Origin: Candidatus Krumholzibacteriia bacterium
GTDB taxonomy: Bacteria > Krumholzibacteriota > Krumholzibacteriia > Krumholzibacteriales > Krumholzibacteriaceae
NCBI GenBank assembly: GCA_963836185.1
Contig: CAWIIQ010000001.1
Span: forward strand, 2,048,001 to 2,112,000
Direction of reading: 5' to 3'
DNA length: 64,000 bases
A program made the translations under genes and the position numbers. Each line of letters opens with the position of its first letter. Position 1 is the first letter of the stretch. This document shows positions 28,355 to 40,403 of the stretch, piece by piece. Below the pieces are notes generated by a model, which saw only the letters and a list, made by a program, of their open reading frames with translations, had not been told where the DNA came from and did not search any database.

Positions 28355-29183
28355 CGGACGTTCCCTTCTTCTTCTCGGCGGAGTAGCTGTGCTCCATCCC
28401 GGGGAACGATCCGTCCTTGACGTCTTTTACATACGCGGAGACAGCGCCCCGTATCTTCTCGCCGAGCTCCTCGTACATCTTGACGAACTTCGGGAGCGGT
28501 TCGTCGTATATACCGAGCATATCCTGTATCACGAGCACCTGGCCGTCGCAGTGAGGGCCGGCGCCGATGCCTATCGTAGCTATCGATATCGATTCTGTTA
28601 TCCTCTGTGCCAGCTGCCAGGGGATCCCTTCGAGGACTATCGCGAAACAGCCCGCCTTTTCGAGCGCCTTCGCGTCGCTTATCAGCATGTCCGCGGACTC
28701 GCGGTCCTTTCCCTGGATCCTGTATCCGCCGAACTCGTGGAGCGACTGGGGGGTCAGGCCGAGATGGCCGACCACGGGGATCGATGCCTGGACTATCGCC
28801 TCTATGACCGGCACATAGCGCTCGCCGCCCTCGAGCTTGACAGACTGCGCGCCGCCCTCCTTGACGAGCCTTCCGGCGTTTCTCACGGCGTCCTCGACGC
28901 TCGCCTGGTACGACATGAAAGGCATGTCCCCTACCACGATCGCTCTGGGCTTCGCTCTCGTGACGGCCTTGAGATGATGTATTATCTCCTCCATCGTCAC
29001 CGGAAGGGTGTTCTCGTACCCCATGATGACCATTCCGAGAGAATCGCCTACGAGGATGAAATCTACGCCGGTCTCGTCGATCAGTTTCGTCGAGAGATAG
29101 TCGTACGATGTGATCGCCGCTATCTTCTCGCCGTTCTTCTTCATCTTCAGAAGAGTCGTCTTCGTGACCTTGTCCTTCATCAC
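28317..29183 (-). CDS. panB: 3-methyl-2-oxobutanoate hydroxymethyltransferase
   Basis: 'LVGDSLGM','DMPFMSY','KLEGG','GHLGLTPQ','GIGAG..CDGQVLV'. Confidence 0.97.
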   Translation of the reverse strand: MMKDKVTKTTLLKMKKNGEKIAAITSYDYLSTKLIDETGVDFILVGDSLGMVIMGYENTLPVTMEEIIHHLKAVTRAKPRAIVVGDMPFMSYQASVEDAVRNAGRLVKEGGAQSVKLEGGERYVPVIEAIVQASIPVVGHLGLTPQSLHEFGGYRIQGKDRESADMLISDAKALEKAGCFAIVLEGIPWQLAQRITESISIATIGIGAGPHCDGQVLVIQDMLGIYDEPLPKFVKMYEELGEKIRGAVSAYVKDVKDGSFPGMEHSYSAEKKKGTSDDPEDEKGNIGR

Positions 29184-29890
29184 AGATCGCCTTCCCAGGA
29201 AGGCACGTAATATTGTGTGCCTTCGAACTTCTCCGAGATCCTCGAGAAGAAATCGTCGAGGTGGTCCCGGTTGGCAGTGAAATCGAGCCGGTCAGTATTT
29301 ACTATCAGAAGGGGCGATTCGTCGTAGTGAAAGAAGAAATGATTGAACGCCTCGTTGAGCCCGCTGATATATTCGTCGCTTATATTCTTTTCGAAAGACC
29401 TGCCCCTTTTAAGGATCCTCTGCATGAGGACCTCGGTATCGGCCTGCAGGTAGATGACGAGGTCGGGCCTTACTATCCTGCCCTCGAGAAGAGAGTGCAT
29501 CCTGTTGTACAGGACGAGCTCGTCGTCACCCAGGACAGCGTGGGCATAGATCCTGTCCTTCGCGAAGAGGTAGTCAGCGACCATCAGATCGGTGAAGAGG
29601 TCCTGCTGGGCGATCTCGGTCTGCTGCCTGTACCTGTTAAGAAGAAAGAAGATCTGCGCCTGGAAAGCATATCCGCCCATATCGCCGTAGAACTTCTCGA
29701 TGAAGGGATTGTCGTCGACTTCCTCGAGAAAGAGCCGCGAGCCGGTCTCCTCGGCGAGGAGCCTCGCTACGGTCGTCTTTCCCGCTCCGATATTCCCCTC
29801 GATGGCGATATACCTTATACCCGAGCCGTCAAGTCTGCTGCTGAGGTCTTCCATGCGCCCTACCGTAGTCAAAAAGCGTTCGGAAGTCAA
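29180..29890 (-). CDS. deoxynucleoside kinase
   Basis: 'IAIEGNIGAGKTT','PDLVIYLQA','RI.KRGR.FE'. Confidence 0.9.
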   Translation of the reverse strand: MTSERFLTTVGRMEDLSSRLDGSGIRYIAIEGNIGAGKTTVARLLAEETGSRLFLEEVDDNPFIEKFYGDMGGYAFQAQIFFLLNRYRQQTEIAQQDLFTDLMVADYLFAKDRIYAHAVLGDDELVLYNRMHSLLEGRIVRPDLVIYLQADTEVLMQRILKRGRSFEKNISDEYISGLNEAFNHFFFHYDESPLLIVNTDRLDFTANRDHLDDFFSRISEKFEGTQYYVPSWEGDL

Positions 29891-29901
29891 TATCTACCTG
29901 T

Positions 29902-30462
29902 TTACAAGGACTTCCGGCGTATCCTGCCCCGAAATGAGATTCTCTCGACCCTGCCGGCGGCCTCCTTCGCCTCCGCCGCTTCAGCGGCCGTGCGGCCGTC
30001 CGGCAGCCTCAGCTCCGGTTCCAGCTCGGCCAGCGGCGCAAGTACGAAGAGTCTCTCCAGGAAGCGCGGATGAGGGATCTCGAGGTCGGCCTCGCCGATC
30101 CTGCTCTCCCCGAAGAGGATAATATCGACGTCCAGGGGCCTGTCTCCCGCTCTGCCTTCCGGAGCCCTTCCTGCCTCTCTCTCCAGTCCCTGCCCCAGGG
30201 CGAGGAGGGTACGCGGGTCAAGAGTCGTCTCGATGATCATCACCACGTTGACGAAGGAACGGGAGTATCCCTCGCCCTGCGGAGCAGTCTCGTAAAGGGA
30301 GCTCAGTCGCGCCGAGGCTACTCCTGCCGAGGAGGCGATCCGTCCGGCGGCCGCAAGGACGGACCTTTCCCTCTCCCCCGTATTAGATCCGAGAGAGAGG
30401 ACCGCCTTTACGGCGGGCCAGCCGTCAGGCTTTCCGTTCGACAACGACTGCGACATGATCAA
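29902..30462 (-). CDS. folK: 2-amino-4-hydroxy-6-hydroxymethyldihydropteridine pyrophosphokinase
   Basis: 'LSLGSN.G','SSLYETAP','R.LD.DI','IPHPR...R.FVL.PL'; start uncertain. Confidence 0.9.
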   Translation of the reverse strand: MIMSQSLSNGKPDGWPAVKAVLSLGSNTGERERSVLAAAGRIASSAGVASARLSSLYETAPQGEGYSRSFVNVVMIIETTLDPRTLLALGQGLEREAGRAPEGRAGDRPLDVDIILFGESRIGEADLEIPHPRFLERLFVLAPLAELEPELRLPDGRTAAEAAEAKEAAGRVERISFRGRIRRKSL

Positions 30463-30787
30463 GATTGTTGGGGAATGGAAGGGTAAGCTTCCTGATGGTG
30501 GTCTTCACCCTTGACGCGGGGAAATTACCGAGGAGTTCGCGGCAGATCGCGTCGGCGAGGGTCTCGAGAAGGTTGAACCTGTTCTTCTCGACAGTCTCCA
30601 TGATCTTCGAGTAGACCCTCTCGTAGTTTATCGTGTCTTCCAGGGCATCGGTGACGCAGGCCTTTGTGAAATCGCTCCAGAACTCGACATCGAGCTCGAG
30701 TTTCTGGCCCACCTCCCGCTCCATTGAAGATACGCCGTAATATCCGAAGACGGTGATTCCTGACAGGACTATCTTTTCTTCAAGCAA
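30425..30787 (-). CDS. folB: dihydroneopterin aldolase
   Basis: 'FGYYGV...E...GQ...D','DTINY','LLETLA'; TTG start after GGAGG. Confidence 0.85.
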   Translation of the reverse strand: MLEEKIVLSGITVFGYYGVSSMEREVGQKLELDVEFWSDFTKACVTDALEDTINYERVYSKIMETVEKNRFNLLETLADAICRELLGNFPASRVKTTIRKLTLPFPNNLDHVAVVVERKA

Positions 30788-30804
30788 CCTTCGACCTCCG
30801 GCTT

Positions 30805-31971
30805 TTACAGGGGAGATGCGCCGAGCTCTTCGAGCTTCCGGCATGCTTTGAGGATTGTATCGTCAGGAGCTGTGATTGACAACCTGAAATACCCCTCGCC
30901 GTGTTCTCCGAAGCCTGTCCCCGGAGTGGCGACGATCCCCGTCTCCTCGAGGAGTTTCCCGCAATATTCTATCGATGAACCGCCGCCGGGCACCTCGATC
31001 CAGAAATAGAATGTCGCCTCCGGCAAGGTGAAGGCAAATCCGCCCTTTTCGAGGCTCGCTGCAAGGGTATCGCGCCTCTTCCTGAATATGTCGATTATCC
31101 GGCCTGTGATCTCATCGAACCCGGTCTCGAGAGCGGAAGCCGCCGCTGCCTGGATAGCGCTGAAGACGCCGGAGTCCACGTTGGCCTTGAGACGGGCAAG
31201 TGCCGAGATTACGCGGGGCGAGCCTATGGCGAATCCGATCCTCCATCCCGTTATCGCGAATGTCTTGGAAAAAGAAAAGAGCTCTATGTACTCGATGCCC
31301 CTCTCTTTCGCCAGCGGAAAAAGCGCCGGCTGCCTCGAACTGTATGATATCTCGCTGTAGGCCGCGTCGTTGACCAGTAACAACTCGTTCTCTCCGCAGA
31401 ACTTGATGGCATCCTCGAACTGATCGTTTTCGGCTGTTGCCGCGGTGGGATTATTCGGATAGTTGAGAAATACCAGCCGTGCTCTCTCGAGGTCTGCCGG
31501 ATCGATCTCATCGAACCTCGGGAAAAAGCCGTTTTCCTTCAACAGTGGCATCTTGACGGTGTCCGCGCCCGCGAAGACGGCCGATGAATTGTACACGGGA
31601 TAACCCGGATCAGGTATCAGCACTACATCCCCGGGATCGACGGTCGCCAGCGGCAGGTGGCCTATTGCTTCCTTGCTGCCTATCGTCACGAGGATCTCGT
31701 CGGTATCGAGCGATACCCCGTAATGATCCCTCGACCAGGCCCTGACAGCCTCTATGAGAATTGGCAGCCCCCTGTCGGAGGGGTACCTGTGGTACTCGAG
31801 CTTATTGAGGGAACCTGTCAGGGTATCGATGAGCTCAGGCGGGGCCCCCAGGTCGGGATCGCCTATGCCGAGATCGAGGACCTCCCTGCCGGACCGCGCA
31901 TACTCTGCCTTTTTCCGGTCGATCTCGACGAAAAGATAGGGAGGTAGTCTTTTCAGCCTGTCGGACTGCAT
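30805..31971 (-). CDS. dapL: LL-diaminopimelate aminotransferase-like class I/II aminotransferase
   Basis: 'RL..LPPYLF','LGIGDPD','GSKEAI','LNYPNNPT','DAAYSE','SFSKT...TGWRIG'. Confidence 0.75.
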   Translation of the reverse strand: MQSDRLKRLPPYLFVEIDRKKAEYARSGREVLDLGIGDPDLGAPPELIDTLTGSLNKLEYHRYPSDRGLPILIEAVRAWSRDHYGVSLDTDEILVTIGSKEAIGHLPLATVDPGDVVLIPDPGYPVYNSSAVFAGADTVKMPLLKENGFFPRFDEIDPADLERARLVFLNYPNNPTAATAENDQFEDAIKFCGENELLLVNDAAYSEISYSSRQPALFPLAKERGIEYIELFSFSKTFAITGWRIGFAIGSPRVISALARLKANVDSGVFSAIQAAAASALETGFDEITGRIIDIFRKRRDTLAASLEKGGFAFTLPEATFYFWIEVPGGGSSIEYCGKLLEETGIVATPGTGFGEHGEGYFRLSITAPDDTILKACRKLEELGASPL

Positions 31972-32001
31972 CGTGCTTCGACCTGATCCTCTCCCGCCAC
32001 C

Positions 32002-33726
32002 TTACTCGTGGCTGTAGAAAAGGATGATGTCTTTGCCCGGATAATTGACATCGTCGAGCACGGGGAACGGCGCGTAGATCCCCATGTCGTCCTCGGTGAA
32101 CATTGTCCGCATCCAGGTATAGTCTATAGCACTCGGCTCGCGAGCGCTGATCCACGGCACCGTCCCGGATGCATATGCCCACATGCCCGAAGTCAGGTCA
32201 ACGACGATAAGAGATGACCAGGAATCGACCTCACTCTTGCCCTTGCGGACCAGCCTGAACGAGATCTGCGGTTCAGCGAGATTGTGGTTCCAGTTCACCC
32301 CGTATATACCGTCAGTCGAAAGCTCTTTCACAAAAACGGGATTCGGATTGACGGCTCCCCCCGCGGAGACGAGATAAATACCCATATCGTTCACGGCGGC
32401 AAGCTGGGATCCGTCGGGAGCCCATGTGAATTCCGTCACATTTTCGATGCCGTTCACGACCGCGACTACTTCACTGGCGTAATCGAAGAAGACGATCTCT
32501 CCGAGTGAGATGAACGAAAGGAAATCCGACGCGGGATTCCACTCGAATACCGTATTCTCGCTTACCGATACTCCGGCCTGCTCGAATATTCCGGTGCTTT
32601 GATCGACCATCAACGCGCGGCGCTGAAGAGTGTCGGGAGCTCCACCGACCATGGGGATGAGACAGGGCTCGAAAACGCCTGTCGTATCGACGTAGTACAG
32701 GATATTGTCCTCTGAGGGCGTGAACATCGGCATAATGTTCTGGAAGTAGCGATATTTCCAGTACGAGTTCGACCCGGAGATCACTAACGCCGAATCGAGA
32801 CTCGTGGTCACGGTATACCAGGAACCTCCGCCGGCCAGCTCATCCCAGTAGACGATATTGAAGAGATCCTTTGTCCCGTCACCAGCCATGCCGGCAAACT
32901 GATATCTCCAGACTGCCTTGCTCCCGTACTGATTCGTCTTGGGATACCTGTGCTGATTCTTTCTGAAGATCCCTGACCCACCAGGATCGGAGCTGGCGTT
33001 AGTCGGGTTGGCGAACTGCAGGGGGAACTTCCATACATTCATCCTCTGCTGCCTTATCCCCAGGTAATACGCGGTAACGAAGGATCCGTATATCGCTGAA
33101 GCGCCGGTCGAGTAATCAAACTCGTATGACCCCCCATCAGTATCTTCTCCAGTATCAGTGAACTTTGTGATGCTGCCACCGGTCATCTTGAATATCGCCC
33201 AGCCAATGAAGTTATTGTTTCTCGGCCCGTAATTCCCTTCTTCAGCCGCGAAATAAAAAGCATTGTCAATGATCTTCGGCCATACACTCGCTTTTTTCCC
33301 TGTATCGATATACTCGAACTCCCTTACCATGATCAGGGAGATCGAAGTATCAGGTGCGGCGTCGGTCAGACTGGCGACACACCTGATCGGGTATGCGCCG
33401 TATTCCATTGGAGCGACCCAACGCACCGTTATTCCCTGGTCCTCGACGAGTTCTCCGTCTTCGGAGGTCCACCTGTATGCCGCCCAGTTGCCGCACCCTT
33501 CGCCCGTGGCCTGAACAGTCAGCACGGTCGTATCCCCCGGGGTCGGAGTGAGTGGATTGGAGATGATGATATTGGTCGTGACAGACGGGTCGCAAGCCGA
33601 TCCGACATCTACCGGATCATCCTCGCAACCGCTCAGGACCATTAACGAAGTCGTAATGCTGAGAACGAAAATCCATGCCGACAGTCTCTTCCACCGCTTC
33701 AAATCGAACCTCCAGGTCTGTCTCAT
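32002..33726 (-). CDS. hypothetical lipoprotein (PKD/Ig-like N-part, TolB-like repeats)
   Basis: Lipobox LSGC, 'YRWTSEDG...VRWVAP', 'FTWAPDGSQLA'. Confidence 0.7.
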   Translation of the reverse strand: MRQTWRFDLKRWKRLSAWIFVLSITTSLMVLSGCEDDPVDVGSACDPSVTTNIIISNPLTPTPGDTTVLTVQATGEGCGNWAAYRWTSEDGELVEDQGITVRWVAPMEYGAYPIRCVASLTDAAPDTSISLIMVREFEYIDTGKKASVWPKIIDNAFYFAAEEGNYGPRNNNFIGWAIFKMTGGSITKFTDTGEDTDGGSYEFDYSTGASAIYGSFVTAYYLGIRQQRMNVWKFPLQFANPTNASSDPGGSGIFRKNQHRYPKTNQYGSKAVWRYQFAGMAGDGTKDLFNIVYWDELAGGGSWYTVTTSLDSALVISGSNSYWKYRYFQNIMPMFTPSEDNILYYVDTTGVFEPCLIPMVGGAPDTLQRRALMVDQSTGIFEQAGVSVSENTVFEWNPASDFLSFISLGEIVFFDYASEVVAVVNGIENVTEFTWAPDGSQLAAVNDMGIYLVSAGGAVNPNPVFVKELSTDGIYGVNWNHNLAEPQISFRLVRKGKSEVDSWSSLIVVDLTSGMWAYASGTVPWISAREPSAIDYTWMRTMFTEDDMGIYAPFPVLDDVNYPGKDIILFYSHE

Positions 33727-33850
33727 TTACTTTCAATCTTTCCACGGCAGAGCGGAGCCGCGGGGAAAAAATCCATGATGCGATATATCTTTGTGTACCT
33801 GAGTTAAAATATGAATGTACGGAGTCAAATTCAAGCGAATTCTAGCAGAA

Positions 33851-33882
33851 GGGGCGCCTCGGCCATACGGCCGTGGCGCCCC
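33851..33882 (-). terminator. hairpin downstream of groEL
   Basis: GGGGCGCC-T-CGGCC-ATAC-GGCCG-T-GGCGCCCC. Confidence 0.7.
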
Positions 33883-33905
33883 GTAAAGAGCAAGATGGCG
33901 GAAAC

Positions 33906-35567
<1,662 letters not shown>

Positions 35568-35855
35568 CTAGAGGACAGCGAGGATATCGCTTTCCCTCAA
35601 TATGAGATACTCTTTGTCGTTTACTGTGATCTCGGTCCCCGAATACTTGCCGTAAAGGACCTTGTCGCCCTTCTTCACTTCGAGAGGGATCCTCTCGCCG
35701 GTCGTCTCGTTGAGACGGCCCTTTCCTACGGCTATGATCTCGCCCTCCTGGGGCTTTTCCTTCGCGGTATCGGGGATGATGATCCCGCCCTTCTTGACCT
35801 CGATCGGATCCATCGGCTTAACGATAACCCTGTCAGCCAGAGGAGTGATCTTCAT
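35568..35855 (-). CDS. groS: co-chaperonin GroES
   Basis: 'PLADRV','[13 protein letters not shown]','LRESDILA'. Confidence 0.99.
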   Translation of the reverse strand: MKITPLADRVIVKPMDPIEVKKGGIIIPDTAKEKPQEGEIIAVGKGRLNETTGERIPLEVKKGDKVLYGKYSGTEITVNDKEYLILRESDILAVL

Positions 35856-35910
35856 CTCGACCTCCTTTTTTGTGTTACAAGAAACCTGTTAGTTATTTAT
35901 TAACCACCTG

Positions 35911-35937
35911 TTAGCACTCGATATATCCGAGTGCCAA
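35911..35937. promoter_or_regulatory. CIRCE element (HrcA operator)
   Basis: TTAGCACTC-N9-GAGTGCCAA, one mismatch to consensus, upstream of groES. Confidence 0.92.
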
Positions 35938-35948
35938 AATGAGCCAGT

Positions 35949-35977
35949 AATATACTCCCAAGCGGACATTTTATCAA
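35949..35977 (-). promoter_or_regulatory. sigma70 promoter of groESL
   Basis: TTGATA-N17-TATATT just upstream of CIRCE. Confidence 0.6.
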
Positions 35978-36014
35978 GAGAAAATTTGCGGGATTCTGGA
36001 CGTAGTATGTGTGT

Positions 36015-36761
36015 CTATCCGAACTGCCTGTTATACAGGCAGTTAAGGCCCTCCAGCACGAGGTCGGGAACAATGACGGGGCTGGGATGGAACAAATGCC
36101 GCAGCATCGAGATCACCCCGCCCGTAAGAAATATCTCGGGGTCCGCATCATGAAAGCAGGAGTATGAGTGGCTAACGAGACTCTTTATGCCGGCCTGGTA
36201 GACGGTAGCCACACCGGACCATATCGCCGATTCGGTGTCATATCCGGGAGGATCGAAATCATCCGGGAAATCTTCATCGACCGGTATCAGCGGCAGGGCC
36301 GAGGTCCTCTCACTCAGCGAGCGGAGCATCATCTCCAGACCGGGCATGATCGCTCCCCCCTTGAAGACACCTCCCATAAGGCTGTCAACCGTTACAGCCG
36401 AGCCGGCATCGACGATCACGGCATCCGTCACACCGCGCTCCATGACGGCAGCCACGGCGCAGAGCCTGTCCGGACCGGCGGTCTCGGGCTTCAATATTCC
36501 AAGCTCGAACGGCCAGGGCGAATCGTACGCGGCGAACACTATTCTCTCTACGCCCGCGGATTTCAGTGTATCCCTGCAGAGGCCGTTCCACTCACGGACA
36601 ACACTTGAAATCACCACACCTTCCGGATCCGAATCAGACACCCAGGCCCTGATATCCTCCGCGGTACCCTCGGCCCTCCAGTGCGTGACGATCCTCCCGT
36701 CCTCGATCAATGATCCCTTGAGCGAGTTGTTCCCCCTGTCCATGGCCAGCACCCTGCTCAT
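36015..36761 (-). CDS. coaX: type III pantothenate kinase
   Basis: 'MDRGNNSLK','GPDR','VDAGSAVTVD','GGAIMPG','LTGG','LVLEGL'. Confidence 0.9.
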   Translation of the reverse strand: MSRVLAMDRGNNSLKGSLIEDGRIVTHWRAEGTAEDIRAWVSDSDPEGVVISSVVREWNGLCRDTLKSAGVERIVFAAYDSPWPFELGILKPETAGPDRLCAVAAVMERGVTDAVIVDAGSAVTVDSLMGGVFKGGAIMPGLEMMLRSLSERTSALPLIPVDEDFPDDFDPPGYDTESAIWSGVATVYQAGIKSLVSHSYSCFHDADPEIFLTGGVISMLRHLFHPSPVIVPDLVLEGLNCLYNRQFG

Positions 36762-37543
36762 AGCTCTGCTTCCTTCCGGAGTGAGACGTCGCCCGAAGAG
36801 TATACCCTCTCTCCCTCTTCCGTTTCCAGCCTGAGAAACCCGTCAGCCGTGACCCCGGCGATGCTGCCGCTGATCTTCTCTCCCCCGGCATCGAGGGTGA
36901 CCACCTCACCCTTCCACAGCATACGGCTCTCCATCTCGAAGCTCATCGGGCCGAAACCGTCCCTCTCCCAGATCTCGTAGCTCGAAGTGAATTCCCTGAG
37001 AAGGCCGGCGAGCAGCTCTCCCCTGTCGAATCTCCTGCCCGTTATCATCCTCAGTGAGACGGCCGTATCGGCCAGTGCGCCAGGAAAAGAGCCCTCGCTG
37101 TCGTTGACGTCGAGCCCCATCCCGATCACTACGCTCTCTCCCTTCGACTCGGCCAGTATCCCGGCGATCTTCCTGCCGCCGATCCAGATGTCGTTCGGCC
37201 ACTTTATCATCGCGCCGTCGCAGATTCCGTCGAGCGTTCTGAGTGTGGAGAGAGCAAGAAGGGCCGTCAGTGTCTCGGAGCTTCGCGCTGGCCTCAGTAT
37301 CACCGAGAAGACGAGAGAGCCACCCTCGCTCGAGTACCAGTCACGGCCTTTCCTTCCGCGCCCCGCGGTCTGCTCCGCCGCGACGATTACGGTGCCTTCG
37401 CGGGCTCCAGCTTCGGCGATCCGGGAGGCGGCCGAATTCGTCGAATCGACCGACTCGAAACAGATCACGGTGTGGCCTATCCTCTCGCCCCCAAGGAGCT
37501 TCGCTATCGCGGCTGGGTGCAGGTCCATGATACCAGTATTCAT
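36758..37543 (-). CDS. birA: biotin--[acetyl-CoA-carboxylase] ligase (no HTH)
   Basis: 'DSTN','QTAGRGR.GR.W','KWPND','KIAGIL'. Confidence 0.92.
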   Translation of the reverse strand: MNTGIMDLHPAAIAKLLGGERIGHTVICFESVDSTNSAASRIAEAGAREGTVIVAAEQTAGRGRKGRDWYSSEGGSLVFSVILRPARSSETLTALLALSTLRTLDGICDGAMIKWPNDIWIGGRKIAGILAESKGESVVIGMGLDVNDSEGSFPGALADTAVSLRMITGRRFDRGELLAGLLREFTSSYEIWERDGFGPMSFEMESRMLWKGEVVTLDAGGEKISGSIAGVTADGFLRLETEEGERVYSSGDVSLRKEAEL

Positions 37544-38388
37544 ACACTCGTCTCTTCCACGAGGAGCGACATGTCGAGAGAGGGCGCGGAAGCGGTGATC
37601 GAACCAGTCGATAAAAAGTCCACTCCCTCGATCGCGTACTCGCCGACATTCTCCAGTGTGATCCCCCCCGACACCTCTATCTCTGGTATACGCTCCCAAG
37701 TCCGGACGGCGGCGACAGCCTCGCGGATCCGCCCGGGGGTGAAATTATCCAGCATTACCCTGGCCGGCGGCATCGTGGAGAGAGCCTGAAGTTCACCGAG
37801 GTCGCGCACCTCTATTTCGCATCCGGCGAGGAATTCCCCCAGCCTCTCGAGGGCCGCTTCGATGCCCCCCGCGGCTGCGATATGGTTCTCTTTGACGAGT
37901 ATGTACGACGCGAGGTCATGACGGTGGTTCTGACCCCCGCCGTGAGAGACCGCCATCTTCTCGACCGCACGCATCCCCGGCGTCGTCTTTCTCGTATCGA
38001 GTATGCGCACGCCCGCAGCCGAGACCTTCTCGACGAACGATGCCGTCAGCGTCGCTATCCCCGAGAGATGGCAGAGGAAATTCAGCGCGGTGCGCTCACC
38101 TGAGAGGATCTGTCCGAGCGGCCCGGAAAGACGAGCTACCAGCGTTCCGGGAGTGACGGCACAGCCGTCGGGTACGGAAGGCTCCCAGGACACATCTCCG
38201 CCCAGCTGGCGGAAGACCTCGGCCGCGCATTCCTGGCCGGATATGATCCCCGTTCCCTTCGATATGATACCCGCCCTGCCCGCAAGCGAATCCGGGACGA
38301 GAAGCCTCGTCGTAGCGTCCGCCGCTGCCTCGTCCTCAGCGAGAGCCGCCGCTACGCTTCGTTCGATCTCCTGCCTGAGTCCTTCCAC
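37540..38388 (-). CDS. nadC: nicotinate-nucleotide diphosphorylase (carboxylating)
   Basis: 'ERTALNFL','DTRKTTPG.R','KENH','MLDNF','SGGI'. Confidence 0.95.
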   Translation of the reverse strand: MEGLRQEIERSVAAALAEDEAAADATTRLLVPDSLAGRAGIISKGTGIISGQECAAEVFRQLGGDVSWEPSVPDGCAVTPGTLVARLSGPLGQILSGERTALNFLCHLSGIATLTASFVEKVSAAGVRILDTRKTTPGMRAVEKMAVSHGGGQNHRHDLASYILVKENHIAAAGGIEAALERLGEFLAGCEIEVRDLGELQALSTMPPARVMLDNFTPGRIREAVAAVRTWERIPEIEVSGGITLENVGEYAIEGVDFLSTGSITASAPSLDMSLLVEETSV

Positions 38389-40391
38389 TCCCTCTCCTCC
38401 TGCTCGTGTTCATCCTTATCTCCTCTATCCTGTCCCTGAGGCTGGCCGCCTTCTCGAAGTTCAGAGCCTCCGCCTCGCGAAGCATATCCTTCTCGAGGCT
38501 CGCGATCAGCCTCGGATCGTCGTTTCCATCTGGCAGCAGGACCTCATCCGCTCCTTCCCTGACCATCCCCGCTATTCCCTTGGCGTCAGCCACGGATGTC
38601 GTCAGCCGCACCTCCTCGATCGACTTTACGATCGATCGGGGCGTTATACCGTGCTCGAGATTGTACTCTATCTGTTTTTCCCTGCGCCTGTTCGTCTCGT
38701 CGATCGCTCTCGCCATCGATCCGGTGACACGGTCAGCGTAGAATATCACCTTGCCGTTTATATTTCTCGCGGCTCTCCCGGCCGTCTGGATCAGGGAGGT
38801 CCGGGACCTTAGGAAGCCCTCCTTGTCGGCATCGAGAACGGCGACAAGAGTCACTTCAGGCAGATCGAGCCCTTCCCTGAGCAGGTTTATCCCGACCAGG
38901 ACGTCGAATTCACCGTACCTCAGGTCCCTCAGTATCTCTACGCGATCGAGAGCGTCGATGTCGCTGTGCAGGTATCTCACCTTGACTTCGAGCCCGGACA
39001 GGTACGTCGTCAGGTCCTCCGACATCCTTTTGGTAAGTGTCGTTACCAGGGCCCTCTCTCCGCGTTCGACCGTCTTCCTTATCTCCGAGAGAAGGTCGTC
39101 AACCTGTCCAGTCACTGGCCTCACGTCGATAACCGGGTCGATCAAGGCCAGTCGGGCGGACTATCTGCTCTACCACCTCTCCTCCGCATCTTCCCAGCTC
39201 GAAATCACCCGGCGTAGCGGAGACATATATGAAATTGTCAATGATCGACTCGAACTCGTCATAGGTCAGCGGCCTGTTGTCGAGAGCCGACGGGAGCCTG
39301 AAGCCGTGCTCGACGAGAGTCCGTTTGCGGCTCCTGTCCCCGTTGTACATCGCCCCTATCTGGGGGACCGTCACGTGCGACTCATCTATCACTACGAGGA
39401 AATCGCCGAGGAAATAGTCGATAAGGGTAGCCGGCCTCTCACCCTGTTTTCTCCCCGCGAAATATCTCGAGTAGTTCTCTATCCCGGTACAGTAACCGAC
39501 CTCCTTCATCATCTCGATGTCATAGGTCGTCCTCGTGAGCAGCCTCCTGGCCTCGAGGTCCAGCCCCGCCCTCTTGAGATCCGCTATACCTTTTGTCAGG
39601 TCCTTCTCTATAGCTCCGATCGCCTTGTCTATCCCTTCCTGCGAGACTACGAAATGCGACGAGGGGTAGACGGTGAGCGTCGGGACCTCCCTGAGGATCT
39701 CCCCGGTAAGCGGGTGGACGACGGTGATCCTCTCGATCTCGTCGTCGAACATCTCGATCCTTATGGCCTCTTCCATATATGCCGGGCGGAGCTCGATCGT
39801 ATCTCCCCTTACCCTGAAGGTGCCTCTCGCGAAATCGATGTCGTTCCTCGAGTATCTGAGCTTGACGAGTTTTCTGAGCAGGTCGTCCCTGCTGTATTCC
39901 TTCCCCGATTCCACACTGAATGTCATCCGCCGGAACTCCTCCGGCGAACCGAGCCCGTATATGCAGGAAACGCTCGCCACGACTATCACGTCGCGCCTTG
40001 TCATGAGCGACCCTGTCGCGCGCAGCCTCATCCGGTCGATGTCCTCGTTGATAGAGACATCCTTCTCTATATACGTGTCAGTGGAGGGGATAAACGCCTC
40101 GGGCTGGTAATAGTCGTAATAGCTGATAAAATATTCGACCGCGTTATTCGGAAAGAACGACCGCAGCTCGCCGTAGAGCTGGGCCGCCAGCGTCTTGTTG
40201 TGCGAGATGATAAGGGCCGGCCTCTCGCACTTCGCTATTACATTGGCGATCGTGAAGGTCTTGCCGGAGCCCGTGACGCCGAGGAGTGTCTGGTGCTTCG
40301 CCCCCTCGTCGATCCCGGCGAGGAGCTGCTCAACGGCCTGGGGCTGGTCGCCGGTGAGATCGAATTCCGATTCGAGCTGGAAAAGAGACAT
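38336..40391 (-). CDS. uvrB: excinuclease ABC subunit B (frameshift near 39145)
   Basis: 'GDQP.A','GVTGSGKT','DESH','FRLPSA.DNRPL','RPTGL' then 'DP.I.VRP','[10 protein letters not shown]','QTAGRAARN'. Confidence 0.95.
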
Positions 40392-40403
40392 CGCGCCGTC
40401 CGG

